A stretch of 64,000 nucleotides of DNA from Candidatus Kapaibacterium sp. (GCA_963664875.1 OY761611.1:1728001-1792000), one strand, 5' to 3'; shown: positions 9,894-20,048, counted from the stretch's first letter. Program-made: numbers and translations. The notes: a model not told the origin generated them from the sequence alone.

Positions 9894-11756
9894 ATGAATA
9901 ATACTTTTGATATAATAGTTGTCGGAGGCGGACATGCCGGTATTGAGGCGTGTTTTGTAGCTTCCGGAATGGGCATGAAAACGGCACTGCTGACTATGGA
10001 TTTGAAAACCATGGGCAGGCCAAGTTGCAATCCGAATATAGGCGGCACTGCAAAAGGACATCTCGTTAAAGAAATCGATGCTCTTGGAGGAGCACAGGGA
10101 ATACTGGCAGACAGAGCCGGACTCCAGTTTAAAATGTTAAATATCTCCAAAGGTCCGGCGGTTTGGTCACCTCGAGCTCAGATAGATAAAGACCTCTACC
10201 CTCTTTATACCTACGATTTGCTACGTAAACGCAGCAATCTTACTCTAATCACGGGACAAGCAGCTGAGGTCATAATCAAAAATGACAGAGTTACGGGCTT
10301 GATAAGCAAAAATGGTGAAACATTTCACGCAAAAGCAGTTATACTCTGTGCCGGTACTTTCCTCAATGGTGTTATGTTTACCGGTAAAGAAAAATATGTC
10401 GGTGGAAGAAGAGGCGAACCTGCTGCAGATAAAATCTCTGATATGCTGCATTCTTACGGATTTGAAGTTGGGCGGCTAAAAACAGGGACTCCACCTCGAA
10501 TTTTGAATTCTTCTATTGACTACACTAAGGTTGAAAAAGAATATGGCGATGATTCACCACAGCCGTTTTCTATACACACACCACGTGTGAAAAACACAAT
10601 GATATGTTACTCTACTGCTACTCATTCGTTTACTCATGACATTTTACGTACGGGATTTGCTGACTCTCCGCTCTTCGGAGGAGATATTGAAGGCACAGGA
10701 CCACGCTACTGTCCATCTATAGAAGATAAAATAAACAGATTCGCAGGAAGAGACTCACACAAGATATTGTTAGAACCGGAAGGACTAAATACTAACTCGG
10801 TTTATGTAAATGGTTATTCGACTTCACTCCCTGCAGATGTTCAGCTGCAAGGACTAAGATCTATTCCGGGACTCGAAAGATGTGAAATGCTGTTGCCGGG
10901 TTATGCTATAGAATATGACTTCTTTTTCCCTTATCAACTAAAATTTACCTTAGAGACGAAAGCAGTTGCAGGGCTTTATTTTGCGGGACAGATTAACGGC
11001 ACTTCCGGCTACGAAGAAGCTGCCGCACAGGGACTCGTCGCAGGCATCAATGCAGCTCTGAAAATACAGGATAAACCGGAATTCAAACTTAAAAGATCAG
11101 AAGCTTATATCGGCGTTTTAATCGATGATTTAATAAATAAAAATACTGAGGAGCCTTATCGTCTTTTTACCTCTCTGGCGGAATATAGACTGCTACTCAG
11201 ACAAGATAATGCAAGAACAAGACTTTCAAAATATGGTCATTCTTTTGGCTTGGTCTCCGATTTACTACACGAAAAGCAAATGCGCTTTGACGAAAGAGTA
11301 GTAAGCGGATTTAACCGTACAAAAGAGGTCAAAATTAGACAAGAAGTTATCAATACTTATTTGGAAAAGCTCGAAGAAAGCACAGTTAATAAAACAGTTT
11401 CATTGTATGAAATGACCAAACGAAGTAAAGTGCAGCTCAACGATTTGCTGAACCTTGCAGATGACGATTCTGACATATTTGATTTGATGAAAAAGAAGGA
11501 AGAAATAACGAAAGCTATACAAATAGAAATCAAATATGAAGGCTATATACAGAGACAGAAAAAAGAAGTAGAGTATTTCCTTAAAAATGAGGATAAGCGA
11601 ATTCCTGATAGTTTTGACTATAACTCCGTGAACTCACTTTCAACTGAGGCTCGGGAAAAGTTGAATAAAATCAGACCTTACTCTCTCGGTCAGGCTTCAA
11701 GGATAGCAGGCGTTTCAGCAGCTGATGTATCAATCATTTCACTTTATCTGAAATAG
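9894..11756 (+). CDS. mnmG: tRNA uridine-5-carboxymethylaminomethyl(34) synthesis enzyme MnmG
   Basis: [52 protein letters not shown]. Confidence 0.98.
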   Translation: MNNTFDIIVVGGGHAGIEACFVASGMGMKTALLTMDLKTMGRPSCNPNIGGTAKGHLVKEIDALGGAQGILADRAGLQFKMLNISKGPAVWSPRAQIDKDLYPLYTYDLLRKRSNLTLITGQAAEVIIKNDRVTGLISKNGETFHAKAVILCAGTFLNGVMFTGKEKYVGGRRGEPAADKISDMLHSYGFEVGRLKTGTPPRILNSSIDYTKVEKEYGDDSPQPFSIHTPRVKNTMICYSTATHSFTHDILRTGFADSPLFGGDIEGTGPRYCPSIEDKINRFAGRDSHKILLEPEGLNTNSVYVNGYSTSLPADVQLQGLRSIPGLERCEMLLPGYAIEYDFFFPYQLKFTLETKAVAGLYFAGQINGTSGYEEAAAQGLVAGINAALKIQDKPEFKLKRSEAYIGVLIDDLINKNTEEPYRLFTSLAEYRLLLRQDNARTRLSKYGHSFGLVSDLLHEKQMRFDERVVSGFNRTKEVKIRQEVINTYLEKLEESTVNKTVSLYEMTKRSKVQLNDLLNLADDDSDIFDLMKKKEEITKAIQIEIKYEGYIQRQKKEVEYFLKNEDKRIPDSFDYNSVNSLSTEAREKLNKIRPYSLGQASRIAGVSAADVSIISLYLK

Positions 11757-11925
11757 TGTGTGCATTATTTGCAACATATTGGCTCATATTATTACACACT
11801 AAGATTGAATAAGAAGCGAGACCGATATTTTTAGGATGTGGAAAAATAATATGCAATGCCGTAAAGCTATTGATAGTCTATCTTTATAGGAAATTATAAA
11901 AAAAGTGCCAATATGAAATTTCAAA

Positions 11926-11942
11926 TTGGCACGTACATTGTA
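11926..11942 (+). promoter_or_regulatory. Sigma54-type -24/-12 promoter (forward), predicted start about 11953
   Basis: TTGGCACG-TACA-TTGTA versus consensus YTGGCACG-N4-TTGCW (GG-N10-GT). Confidence 0.65.
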
Positions 11943-11952
11943 CTTAATCTCA

Positions 11953-12038
11953 TACTCGAAAAAAGCTCCATTTTTATATGCCTGTTTTAATGGAGCTAAC
12001 TACCCCCGGGGGTCGCATTAGCGGCTCCCGCTTTTTTT
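11953..12038 (+). ncRNA. Candidate sigma54-dependent small RNA (sense)
   Basis: Lies between the predicted start site and the hairpin CGGGGGTCGC-ATTA-GCGGCTCCCG + T7; also contains the AGCTCCATT/AATGGAGCT hairpin. Confidence 0.5.
11959..12032 (-). ncRNA. Candidate antisense small RNA from the reverse sigma54-type promoter
   Basis: Predicted start about 12032; ends at the AGCTCCATT...AATGGAGCT hairpin, with a U tract on the minus strand (A6 at 11959-11964). Confidence 0.4.
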
Positions 12039-12042
12039 ATCT

Positions 12043-12059
12043 AACATATAGCATGCCAA
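12043..12059 (-). promoter_or_regulatory. Sigma54-type -24/-12 promoter (reverse)
   Basis: Minus strand reads TTGGCATG-CTAT-ATGTT (GG-N10-GT). Confidence 0.5.
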
Positions 12060-12085
12060 AAACCTAACAACTCTATCTTGTTTTA

Positions 12086-12098
12086 TATCAATATTTTA
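12086..12098. promoter_or_regulatory. IHF-like binding site
   Basis: TATCAATATTTTA is an exact match to WATCAANNNNTTR, just upstream of the reverse sigma54 motif. A one-mismatch copy lies at 11863-11875, upstream of the forward motif. Confidence 0.45.
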
Positions 12099-12339
12099 CA
12101 AAGCTGCCAATTAGTTTGATGACGTTTTTTTTGTTTATGGAAATTCAAACTTTACACTCCCTGTTGCTATGTAGTATTAAAAATGCTGCTTAGGCAATAG
12201 GTAAATATCAGCATCAAAATTCTATAAAATATAATAGGAGACACAAAATATTGCGGCTCCTACATAGTATTTAGGTATTTATAGCTTTGCTTCCAATGGA
12301 TTGGAATATATGAAATATTGGTTATACCGGTTTATTCTC

Positions 12340-13602
12340 TTAAGTCTTCTGCTTTTTCTTTTTAGCAGCAGGGAACAAAATATTATTTAATATTAGCCTA
12401 TATCCGGGGGAGTTTTTATATAGATTCAAATCCGTCGGAGGATCTCCGACAGCATGACGATAATCTTCGGGGTCATGTCCGCCATACCATGTAAAAAATC
12501 CCTTCCCGTAGTTACCATGAATATATTTGACTTCGTCAGTCCCTTCCCTTTCTGCCATGACAACTACCGAGTTCTTGATTTTGTCTTTGTGGAATGCTGT
12601 AGTTTGCCCCAAAAAGCCCTTTATGATATTTGCATGGCACTGTGTCAGCATTGTTGGAACCGGGTCGTATTTTGCAGAAAAATCAAACAAGGTAAAATAA
12701 TCTATCTCAGGATTAGCAATAGTTGAAGGACCAACATCAATATCTGAAAACTCGTATTCTGCAGGATTCATTATCAATCTGAAATTTTCAAATGCTAATG
12801 TTGCATCAAAATCTAATTTACTTTGCGCATTTTTGTCAGCAGGGTCACCGTCGAACATGTGCTCACATATATCTGTATGCTCAGCTGCAAGAGCGATATC
12901 ATAAGTATCTGTGCCACTGCACATTGCAAATAAGAAACCTCCTGCGTCTATAAATCGTTTTATTTCTTTGGCTACATCTAACTTCAACTTTGAAACTTTA
13001 TTGTAGCCGAGCGAGCTTGCCATACTTTCGTTTAAAGCCACCTGCTGCACATACCATGGTTGATTAGCCATATTAGCCCAGAATTTGCCGTACTGCCCTG
13101 TGAAATCCTCATGGTGTAAATGCAGCCAATCATATTCATTGAGCTTTCCTTCCATGACCTCTTTATCCCAAATAATATCGTGCTCTACCTGAGCATACTC
13201 CAAAGCAAGCCTTACCGCATCGTCCCATGGCTGAGCTCCCGGTGGTGCATAAACAGCAATTTTAGGAGCTTTTTCTAATCTTGCTACGTCAGTGTTACTG
13301 TCTTCTGCCTGTACCTCAGAGTAAATTGAAGCAGCAGAGGCAACAGAAATTTTCTCAAACATAACTCCGCGTATTCTGCATTCGGTTTCGATAGTAGCAC
13401 TGTAATCTGTCATAAAAGAGCCACCTCGATAGTTCAAAAGCCAATCCACCGGTTGATTGTTTTTAATTACCATAAAAGCAATGCCATAGGCTTTAAGATG
13501 ATTTGTCTGTGCCAAATCCATTGGGATCAGGATTTTTTGAGCAAAGCTTCCTATGCTCATAATCACAAGGAAAATAGGGATGAGATAGATTTTAAGTTTC
13601 AT
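12340..13602 (-). CDS. Exported class-I glutamine amidotransferase-like protein (family often auto-annotated as asparagine synthetase B in Bacteroidota)
   Basis: Signal peptide ending SFAQ, ILIPMD..Q.NHLKAYG, WLHLHHEDFTGQYGKF, GGFLFAMCS elbow, GGHDPEDY. Confidence 0.75.
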   Translation of the reverse strand: MKLKIYLIPIFLVIMSIGSFAQKILIPMDLAQTNHLKAYGIAFMVIKNNQPVDWLLNYRGGSFMTDYSATIETECRIRGVMFEKISVASAASIYSEVQAEDSNTDVARLEKAPKIAVYAPPGAQPWDDAVRLALEYAQVEHDIIWDKEVMEGKLNEYDWLHLHHEDFTGQYGKFWANMANQPWYVQQVALNESMASSLGYNKVSKLKLDVAKEIKRFIDAGGFLFAMCSGTDTYDIALAAEHTDICEHMFDGDPADKNAQSKLDFDATLAFENFRLIMNPAEYEFSDIDVGPSTIANPEIDYFTLFDFSAKYDPVPTMLTQCHANIIKGFLGQTTAFHKDKIKNSVVVMAEREGTDEVKYIHGNYGKGFFTWYGGHDPEDYRHAVGDPPTDLNLYKNSPGYRLILNNILFPAAKKKKQKT

Positions 13603-13692
13603 TTGATTCGACTTTCTCGATTTGATTGTACTTTTTGTCTATAGAACTTATAACAAGGTAAATATTTTACTTTAATTTGTCAAGATAAATAG

Positions 13693-13724
13693 AAAATGGG
13701 GCTTCGATTTATTCGATAGCCCCA
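13693..13724 (-). terminator. Catalase terminator
   Basis: TGGGGCTTCGA...TCGATAGCCCCA hairpin preceded by A4 on the plus strand. Confidence 0.65.
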
Positions 13725-13751
13725 CTAAAGTTTATTTCTAAAATAATTATT

Positions 13752-15212
13752 CTAATCAACTTTGCTCATGTCGATTCCTAATGCATTTGCTACGCCTTCG
13801 CCATAAGCTTTGTCAGCTTTTAGGCAGTTTTTAATGTGGCGTATTTTGATAAATTCAGGACTGTCGCCCATATTGCGTGCCGTGTTTTCAAAAAGTACCT
13901 GCTGCTGAGCTGCACTCATAATGCGGAACAAATCACCCGGCTGTGAGTAATAATCATCATTGTCTTCTCTGTGATCCCAATGATAAGCTGCTCCCTGCAA
14001 TTCCAAAGGTGGTTCTTTTTGTTCAGGGTTATCCTGCCACTCTTGGAAGCTGTTTGGTTCATAACCTAAAGTTGCTCCGTGATTGCCATCCACTCTCATC
14101 TGTCCGTCTCTGTGATAGCTATGGAACGGACAACGAGCTTTATTCACAGGGATTAGGTGATGATTAACACCTAAGCGATAACGCTGAGCATCGCCATAAG
14201 AAAACAATCTACCTTGAAGCATTTTATCCGGAGAGAAACCTATACCGGGAACAATATTAGTAGGATTGAAAGCTGCCTGCTCTACATCTGCAAAGTAGTT
14301 TTCAGGATTTTTATTTAGCTCAAGCACACCTACATCTAACAAAGGAAAATCTTTATGAGGCCAGATTTTTGTTAAATCAAAAGGATTCATCTTACAGTTT
14401 TTCGCTTGTTCTTCTGTCATTACCTGAATCTTCATATTCCATTTTGGGAAGTCCCCATTTTCGATACTGTCGAATAAGTCTCTCTGATGGCTTTCTCGGC
14501 ATTTCCCCACAACGGCTTCAGCTTCCTGGTCAGTCAGGTTTTTGATGCCTTGTTGAGTTTTCAGATGGAACTTAACCCATACTCTTTCGTTGTCTTTATT
14601 TATCATACTAAAAGTATGGCTACCGTAGCCGTTCATGTGTCTATAAGTAGCAGGAATACCTCTATCATTCATAGTAATAGTAATCTGGTGAAGAGCTTCA
14701 GGGAGATTAGACCAGAAATCCCAGTTATTTGTAGCGCTTCTTAGGTTAGTTTTAGGGTCGCGCTTAACTGCGTGATTCAAGTCAGGAAACTTTAAAGGGT
14801 CTTTTAGGAAGAAAACAGGTGTGTTATTACCAACCAAGTCCCAGTTGCCTTCTTCAGTATAAAACTTAATTGCAAAGCCGCGAATGTCTCTCTCTGCGTC
14901 AGCAGCACCTCTTTCGCCGGCTACAGTAGAGAATCTGACAAATAAATCTGTCTTTTTGCCTACTTCAGAGAAAATTTTAGCTTTAGTATATTTTGTAATA
15001 TCATGAGTAACTATAAAAGTACCAAATGCTCCTGAGCCCTTAGCGTGCATACGCCTTTCGGGGATAACTTCTCTGTCGAAATGTGCCAATTTTTCTAAAA
15101 ACCAAACATCTTGTAGCAGCATTGGCCCTCTTGGTCCTGCCGTCATGACATTTTGATTGTCGGCTACAGGAGCTCCGTTGTTCATAGTAAGTTTTTGTTT
15201 TGATTCTGACAT
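13752..15212 (-). CDS. katA: Monofunctional heme catalase (small subunit)
   Basis: [24 protein letters not shown], proximal [14 protein letters not shown]. Confidence 0.97.
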   Translation of the reverse strand: MSESKQKLTMNNGAPVADNQNVMTAGPRGPMLLQDVWFLEKLAHFDREVIPERRMHAKGSGAFGTFIVTHDITKYTKAKIFSEVGKKTDLFVRFSTVAGERGAADAERDIRGFAIKFYTEEGNWDLVGNNTPVFFLKDPLKFPDLNHAVKRDPKTNLRSATNNWDFWSNLPEALHQITITMNDRGIPATYRHMNGYGSHTFSMINKDNERVWVKFHLKTQQGIKNLTDQEAEAVVGKCRESHQRDLFDSIENGDFPKWNMKIQVMTEEQAKNCKMNPFDLTKIWPHKDFPLLDVGVLELNKNPENYFADVEQAAFNPTNIVPGIGFSPDKMLQGRLFSYGDAQRYRLGVNHHLIPVNKARCPFHSYHRDGQMRVDGNHGATLGYEPNSFQEWQDNPEQKEPPLELQGAAYHWDHREDNDDYYSQPGDLFRIMSAAQQQVLFENTARNMGDSPEFIKIRHIKNCLKADKAYGEGVANALGIDMSKVD

Positions 15213-15428
15213 TTCATATTCTCCCTATTCTGAAAATAAAATTGCATCAAATTGAATTCCATATAATTTACTGGACTATACAATACTGATTACATTGTAT
15301 AAATATTTGAGATACTTTTATAATCAGTAATTATAGACTCTGATTTTAGAAATCATATAAATATTTGAACTTATCACCGTCTTAAGTTAAATTGCAGATT
15401 GGGTAAATGTTATATTGGTATTTTTTCT

Positions 15429-16163
15429 ATGATATATTTTGTTTCTGATGTGCATCTCGGACATACTGAAAGAAGCTCCGACAGAGAAAGAGAAAAGCTC
15501 TTTACAGACTTCCTTGACAAAATCAAAGATGACTGCGAAGTGCTGTATCTTGTAGGAGATATTTTTGACTACTGGTTTGAATATAAAACAGTAATTCCAA
15601 AGATATATGTTCGTAGCCTTGCTGCACTTGCTAATTTTGCAGATTCTGGAAAAAAAATAGAATATCTCATGGGCAATCATGATTTCGGGCATCTTCGTTT
15701 CTTTGAAGAGGAACTCGGAATTAAAATCATCAAAACCGATATTGAAAGAGAGCACAAGGGTAAAAGATTTTATATCTCCCATGGTGACGGAAAAGCCTAC
15801 AATGATCAGCTTTATCTCGTGCTTAGAAAGATCCTCAGAAACCGCCTTGCATTATGGCTATTCGGTAAGGTGCATCCGGATTTCGGCATAAAACTTGCAT
15901 TAGGTAGCTCTCGTAAAAGCCGCAAATATACTATACAAAAAGATTACGGCAAGTCAGACGGCATGAGAGATTTTGCTCGTGATAAAATCGAAAACGAGCA
16001 CTACGACTATGTAATAATGGGGCATCGCCACATTGCGGAGATAACACCTTTCGATGGTGGAAAATATGTTAATATCGGAGAGTGGTTAAAGAGCCCAACT
16101 TTTGGTAGATTTGACGGAAAAGAAATGTATATTGAAAAAGTTTATGACTTCTTGAGCAAATAA
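15429..16163 (+). CDS. lpxH: UDP-2,3-diacylglucosamine diphosphatase-like metallophosphoesterase
   Basis: SDVHLG, GDIFD, GNHD, SHGD and GHRH motifs. Confidence 0.8.
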   Translation: MIYFVSDVHLGHTERSSDREREKLFTDFLDKIKDDCEVLYLVGDIFDYWFEYKTVIPKIYVRSLAALANFADSGKKIEYLMGNHDFGHLRFFEEELGIKIIKTDIEREHKGKRFYISHGDGKAYNDQLYLVLRKILRNRLALWLFGKVHPDFGIKLALGSSRKSRKYTIQKDYGKSDGMRDFARDKIENEHYDYVIMGHRHIAEITPFDGGKYVNIGEWLKSPTFGRFDGKEMYIEKVYDFLSK

Positions 16164-16166
16164 ATT

Positions 16167-17993
16167 ATGAGTGAGCAAATCCAAGCTAAAGATTTTGTTG
16201 TTACCGCACGTAAGTGGCGTCCGCAATCATTTGCAGATGTAGTTGGACAACAACATATATCAAATACTTTAAAAAATGCTATTAAAAACAATAGAGTTCA
16301 CCACGCATATCTTTTTTGCGGGCCTCGTGGCGTTGGTAAAACTACTACTGCCCGTATCCTGTCGCGCGCTGTCAACTGTCTCAATCCTGTTGATTTTGAG
16401 CCGTGCAACGAGTGCGAAAACTGTAAAAATATCCTGAACGGCCAGTCTATGGACGTTATAGAGATTGACGGTGCTTCTAACAATAGTGTCGATGACATCA
16501 GAAAGCTAAGGGAAAATGCTAAATATGCCCCTTCCGGTAGCAAGTATAAAATGTACATCATCGATGAGGTTCACATGCTCTCAACTTCTGCGTTTAATGC
16601 GTTGCTTAAAACGCTTGAAGAGCCACCTCCGCATTTGATGTTTGTCTTTGCCACTACCGAAGCTCATAAAGTGCCGGCTACTATTATAAGCCGCTGCCAG
16701 AAATTTGATTTCCGTAGAATGGAAATTGATTCAATAGTAAACCGCTTGAAATTTATTGCTGAAAACGAAGGTATTACTGCTGACGAAGAGTCATTAATCA
16801 CAGTTGCCAAAAAAGGCGACGGCTCTATGCGTGACAGTCAGAGTATTTTTGATCAGGTGGTTGCCTTTTGCGGAAAAGATATTCGCTATAAAGATATGGC
16901 TGATGCTCTAAATCTAATTGATGAAGATTTCTATTTCAGAATTAGCGACTCTATACTGAAGCACGACCTTGCTGATATGTTTGAAATAGCTGCCGGCGTG
17001 GTAAATAGAGGTTATGATTTAAAAGAAGCACTCCATGGTCTGATTGAATTTTTCAGAAATATTCTTACTATCAAAGTTACCGGCGAAACCAAACTAATAG
17101 AAACTTCTGAAGCATATCTACAGAAATACAGAGAAACAGCCGGAAGTTACACCAAGGAAGATTTGATTAGATTTATCAACTTTGTTACCCAGACAGAGCT
17201 TAATCTGAAGTTTGCACCGCAACCTAAAATCAAGTTCGAAATGACGCTTGTTCAGCTTGCATCTATGGATTCGGTTTCTCAGATTAGCACCTTAATCGCA
17301 GAACTCCAGGATTTAAAAGCACAGCTTGCTTCGGGGAATATGCCTGTGATAGCAGCAGAAGAAAAAAAAAAATCTAATGTGATTTCGGATAACCGGGAAG
17401 CAGATTACACTGCAAAACCTGTAGCTATTTCCCAAATGGGAACGCAAGAAGAGACTCCTTCTCAAGTGAGAATTAATGACAATTCTCAAAAAGCATTAGA
17501 ATCACACTGGCAGGAGTTTTTAGATAAGAAATGTTCTGCTGAGCTTGCGATAGCGAAACAGTGCAAGGCAAAGTTTTATGACGGCGAAGTGCTACTGTTT
17601 TCGACTCAAAGTTTCCAGAAAATGGTACTCGAATCGAAAAAAAATGAGCTTAGCAATGTAGCTACTGAATTTTTCGGAAAACCCGTAAAAATAATGGCTG
17701 GAGATGAAAATAGCGTCGAAAAAAAGTCAATAGCTGACCTTGTATCTGCCCTGCCCAAAAAAGCAGAGATCAAAGAAGAAATATCTTCAATCAACGAAGA
17801 CAAAAAAGAGCCTGCAAACGACAGAGATGAATTCGCAGCAGCTCTCAAAAGACAAGAAGAGTCAGCTAAATTTGAAGACACGTCTCACAAATCAGAACAT
17901 AGCACAATAGCTACTACAAAAGAGGAAATAGAGAATTTGCACCCGGTGGAGCGTGCTATAGTTGAAATATTCGGGGCAAGAGAGGTTAGATAG
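16167..17993 (+). CDS. dnaX: DNA polymerase III subunit gamma/tau
   Basis: ARKWRP, GPRGVGKTT, Zn-binding Cys cluster, DEVHMLS, SRC, GSMRD. Confidence 0.97.
   Translation: MSEQIQAKDFVVTARKWRPQSFADVVGQQHISNTLKNAIKNNRVHHAYLFCGPRGVGKTTTARILSRAVNCLNPVDFEPCNECENCKNILNGQSMDVIEIDGASNNSVDDIRKLRENAKYAPSGSKYKMYIIDEVHMLSTSAFNALLKTLEEPPPHLMFVFATTEAHKVPATIISRCQKFDFRRMEIDSIVNRLKFIAENEGITADEESLITVAKKGDGSMRDSQSIFDQVVAFCGKDIRYKDMADALNLIDEDFYFRISDSILKHDLADMFEIAAGVVNRGYDLKEALHGLIEFFRNILTIKVTGETKLIETSEAYLQKYRETAGSYTKEDLIRFINFVTQTELNLKFAPQPKIKFEMTLVQLASMDSVSQISTLIAELQDLKAQLASGNMPVIAAEEKKKSNVISDNREADYTAKPVAISQMGTQEETPSQVRINDNSQKALESHWQEFLDKKCSAELAIAKQCKAKFYDGEVLLFSTQSFQKMVLESKKNELSNVATEFFGKPVKIMAGDENSVEKKSIADLVSALPKKAEIKEEISSINEDKKEPANDRDEFAAALKRQEESAKFEDTSHKSEHSTIATTKEEIENLHPVERAIVEIFGAREVR
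17362..17382 (+). other. Putative slippage/frameshift site producing the short gamma subunit
   Basis: A11 run (17362-17372) followed by TCTAATGTGA: TAA in the -1 frame (17375-77) and TGA in the +1 frame (17380-82). Confidence 0.7.
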
Positions 17994-18188
17994 TTAACTC
18001 ATAACTTGCTTTATTCTAAAAAAACACCAAATGTTATAAATGTTATCATATTTTTTGAGGCTTTCGGCATACTTGCACGGAAGCTTTTTTTTCTTAGGAA
18101 ATAGTCCATACAAAAAAATAATAATAATGCTGAAAAGTATTTATTACATTTGTCTTTAAGTGCTACACACATGACATGAGAAAGAATA

Positions 18189-18785
18189 ATGACAGTATCT
18201 GAAATATTGAATTGGTGCAAACAGGAAAAACTTGAAAAGGGATATATCAGCTTTCCTCAGGAACTGTTTGACAGTTTTAATGAAGAAATCGCAAAGGCTA
18301 TTGTTGTGGAGATGAAGCACAACGCTCTGATAAAATTGCCTCAGTATGAAATCGAATTTTATGAATGGCTTAAAGAAAATGACAGAAGCGTTTGGGATGA
18401 CTTATGGTCATGTGAGCTACACGAGCCTTATATTGTAAGTTGCATATTCTTACCTAATCTTGTTGAAAGAGATGGCAGAGGCTTTCCAATTTGCGATTTG
18501 GAACACAATGATAACTATTTCTTTAACGAAAAACACATGACCGACGAAGAGTCGAAAGTCTATATCGAAACATCAAGGAATAGATTTCAGGATAGACAAA
18601 AGCTAACCGTACCCCAGTTGCTCGCACTCGAAATTTCAGTGGGACCAATAGATATTTGGCACTTTGCATATAAATATAAAATCAGTATCGCACAAGCAAA
18701 AGCCGCAGTAGAAGAACTAAAAGATGATTTTGCCCTTGTGCATCTGACAAATGCTGAGCATTTAGCTAAGTTCATGGAGGAATAA
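18189..18785 (+). CDS. Hypothetical protein, translationally coupled to aspartate kinase
   Basis: 198-aa acidic ORF; its TAA abuts the next ATG. Confidence 0.8.
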   Translation: MTVSEILNWCKQEKLEKGYISFPQELFDSFNEEIAKAIVVEMKHNALIKLPQYEIEFYEWLKENDRSVWDDLWSCELHEPYIVSCIFLPNLVERDGRGFPICDLEHNDNYFFNEKHMTDEESKVYIETSRNRFQDRQKLTVPQLLALEISVGPIDIWHFAYKYKISIAQAKAAVEELKDDFALVHLTNAEHLAKFMEE

Positions 18786-20048
18786 ATGATAGTACTCAAG
18801 TTTGGAGGTACATCAGTCAAAGATGCTTCTTCTATGAAACTTGCTTACAATGCTGTCAGCAGTCAAAATGATAAATGTCTCGTGGTGCTTTCTGCCTGTT
18901 CCGGCATTACTGATATGCTGATTGCTTTGCCGGAATTGCTGGTAAAGAATAAAGAAGAAGCTAAAGAATTGCTGTCAAAAATTGAGTTGCACCATATCAA
19001 TCTCATCAAAGAATTGGGAATTGAAGATAAATGCGAAGCCTTTTTTACCAAGTTGGGTGAGCTTGCAGATATGTGCGAAGGTGTCGCTATATTAGGGGAG
19101 TATTCCGAAAGAAACTATGCTAAGATTGTTTCATTTGGGGAATTCCTATCTACTGCAATCTTCGAGGCGTATTGCAGAAAATCAGGTTTAAAGAGTTGCC
19201 TAATAGATTCTACAAAATTTATTAAAACTGACTCGAACTACTCATCCGCTAAGTATCAGGCAAATTTGAGCAGACATCTGTTTGCGGAATTGCGAAATTT
19301 CAAAGACAACTATGATTTAGCAATCGCACAGGGTTTTGTTGCATCTGACGCTGAAGGGAAAATAACACTTCTCGGAAGAGGTGGGTCGGATTTTTCAGCA
19401 GCTATCTTCGGCAAGGAGCTTTCCGCAAAAGAGATACTCATATACACTGATGTTAACGGGATATTGAGCACAGACCCACGTTTGGTACCTCAAGCGAAGC
19501 AACTTTCTATTTTGAGCTTCGACCAAGTCAGGCGACTTTCTTTTTTCGGAGCAAAAGTAATCCATCCCGATACCATTTTGCCTGCAATGGAAGCCAATAT
19601 CCCCGTGAAGATATTAAACACGTTTGAGCAATCAAATCAAGGAACTACAATTATATCAGAAGGAAGCGGCGAAAACGAAATACAATCACTTGTGCTAAAG
19701 AGGAACTGTTTGCTTCTACGTACCGATAACAACTTGCCTGAAAGCTTAAAAGATAAAATGAAAGTTTTATTTTCCGCTGAATCTGACGGACGCAAAACTA
19801 TAATCATCGAAAATATTCCTCATTTGAAAGCTAATTTGGACAATTTAGAAGAAACTGATATAATAGCAATTTGCGGCAATTTTGTTAATCGCTCTTCAGG
19901 TTTATTGAGGATAATCCATGCCTTACTCACTCACAGTGCAGGTATTGATATATACACAGGCTTTTCCCAGCATGCAATTTTGCTAACTGTTCCAAATTCG
20001 CATTCAGAAAAAGTATTAAAGTTGCTACATTCCGGTCTTTTTGAATAG
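18786..20048 (+). CDS. lysC: Aspartate kinase
   Basis: VLKFGGTSV, LGRGGSDFSA, TDVNG..STDPR, GAKVIHP; degenerate ACT region. Confidence 0.93.
   Translation: MIVLKFGGTSVKDASSMKLAYNAVSSQNDKCLVVLSACSGITDMLIALPELLVKNKEEAKELLSKIELHHINLIKELGIEDKCEAFFTKLGELADMCEGVAILGEYSERNYAKIVSFGEFLSTAIFEAYCRKSGLKSCLIDSTKFIKTDSNYSSAKYQANLSRHLFAELRNFKDNYDLAIAQGFVASDAEGKITLLGRGGSDFSAAIFGKELSAKEILIYTDVNGILSTDPRLVPQAKQLSILSFDQVRRLSFFGAKVIHPDTILPAMEANIPVKILNTFEQSNQGTTIISEGSGENEIQSLVLKRNCLLLRTDNNLPESLKDKMKVLFSAESDGRKTIIIENIPHLKANLDNLEETDIIAICGNFVNRSSGLLRIIHALLTHSAGIDIYTGFSQHAILLTVPNSHSEKVLKLLHSGLFE

Noticed and set aside
11978-12067. 29-codon ORF MPVLMELTTPGGRISGSRFFYLTYSMPKT inside the sigma54 cassette
   Set aside because: No ribosome-binding signal, it runs through the plus-strand terminator, and it has no hydrophobic toxin-like character; not supportable without ribosome profiling.
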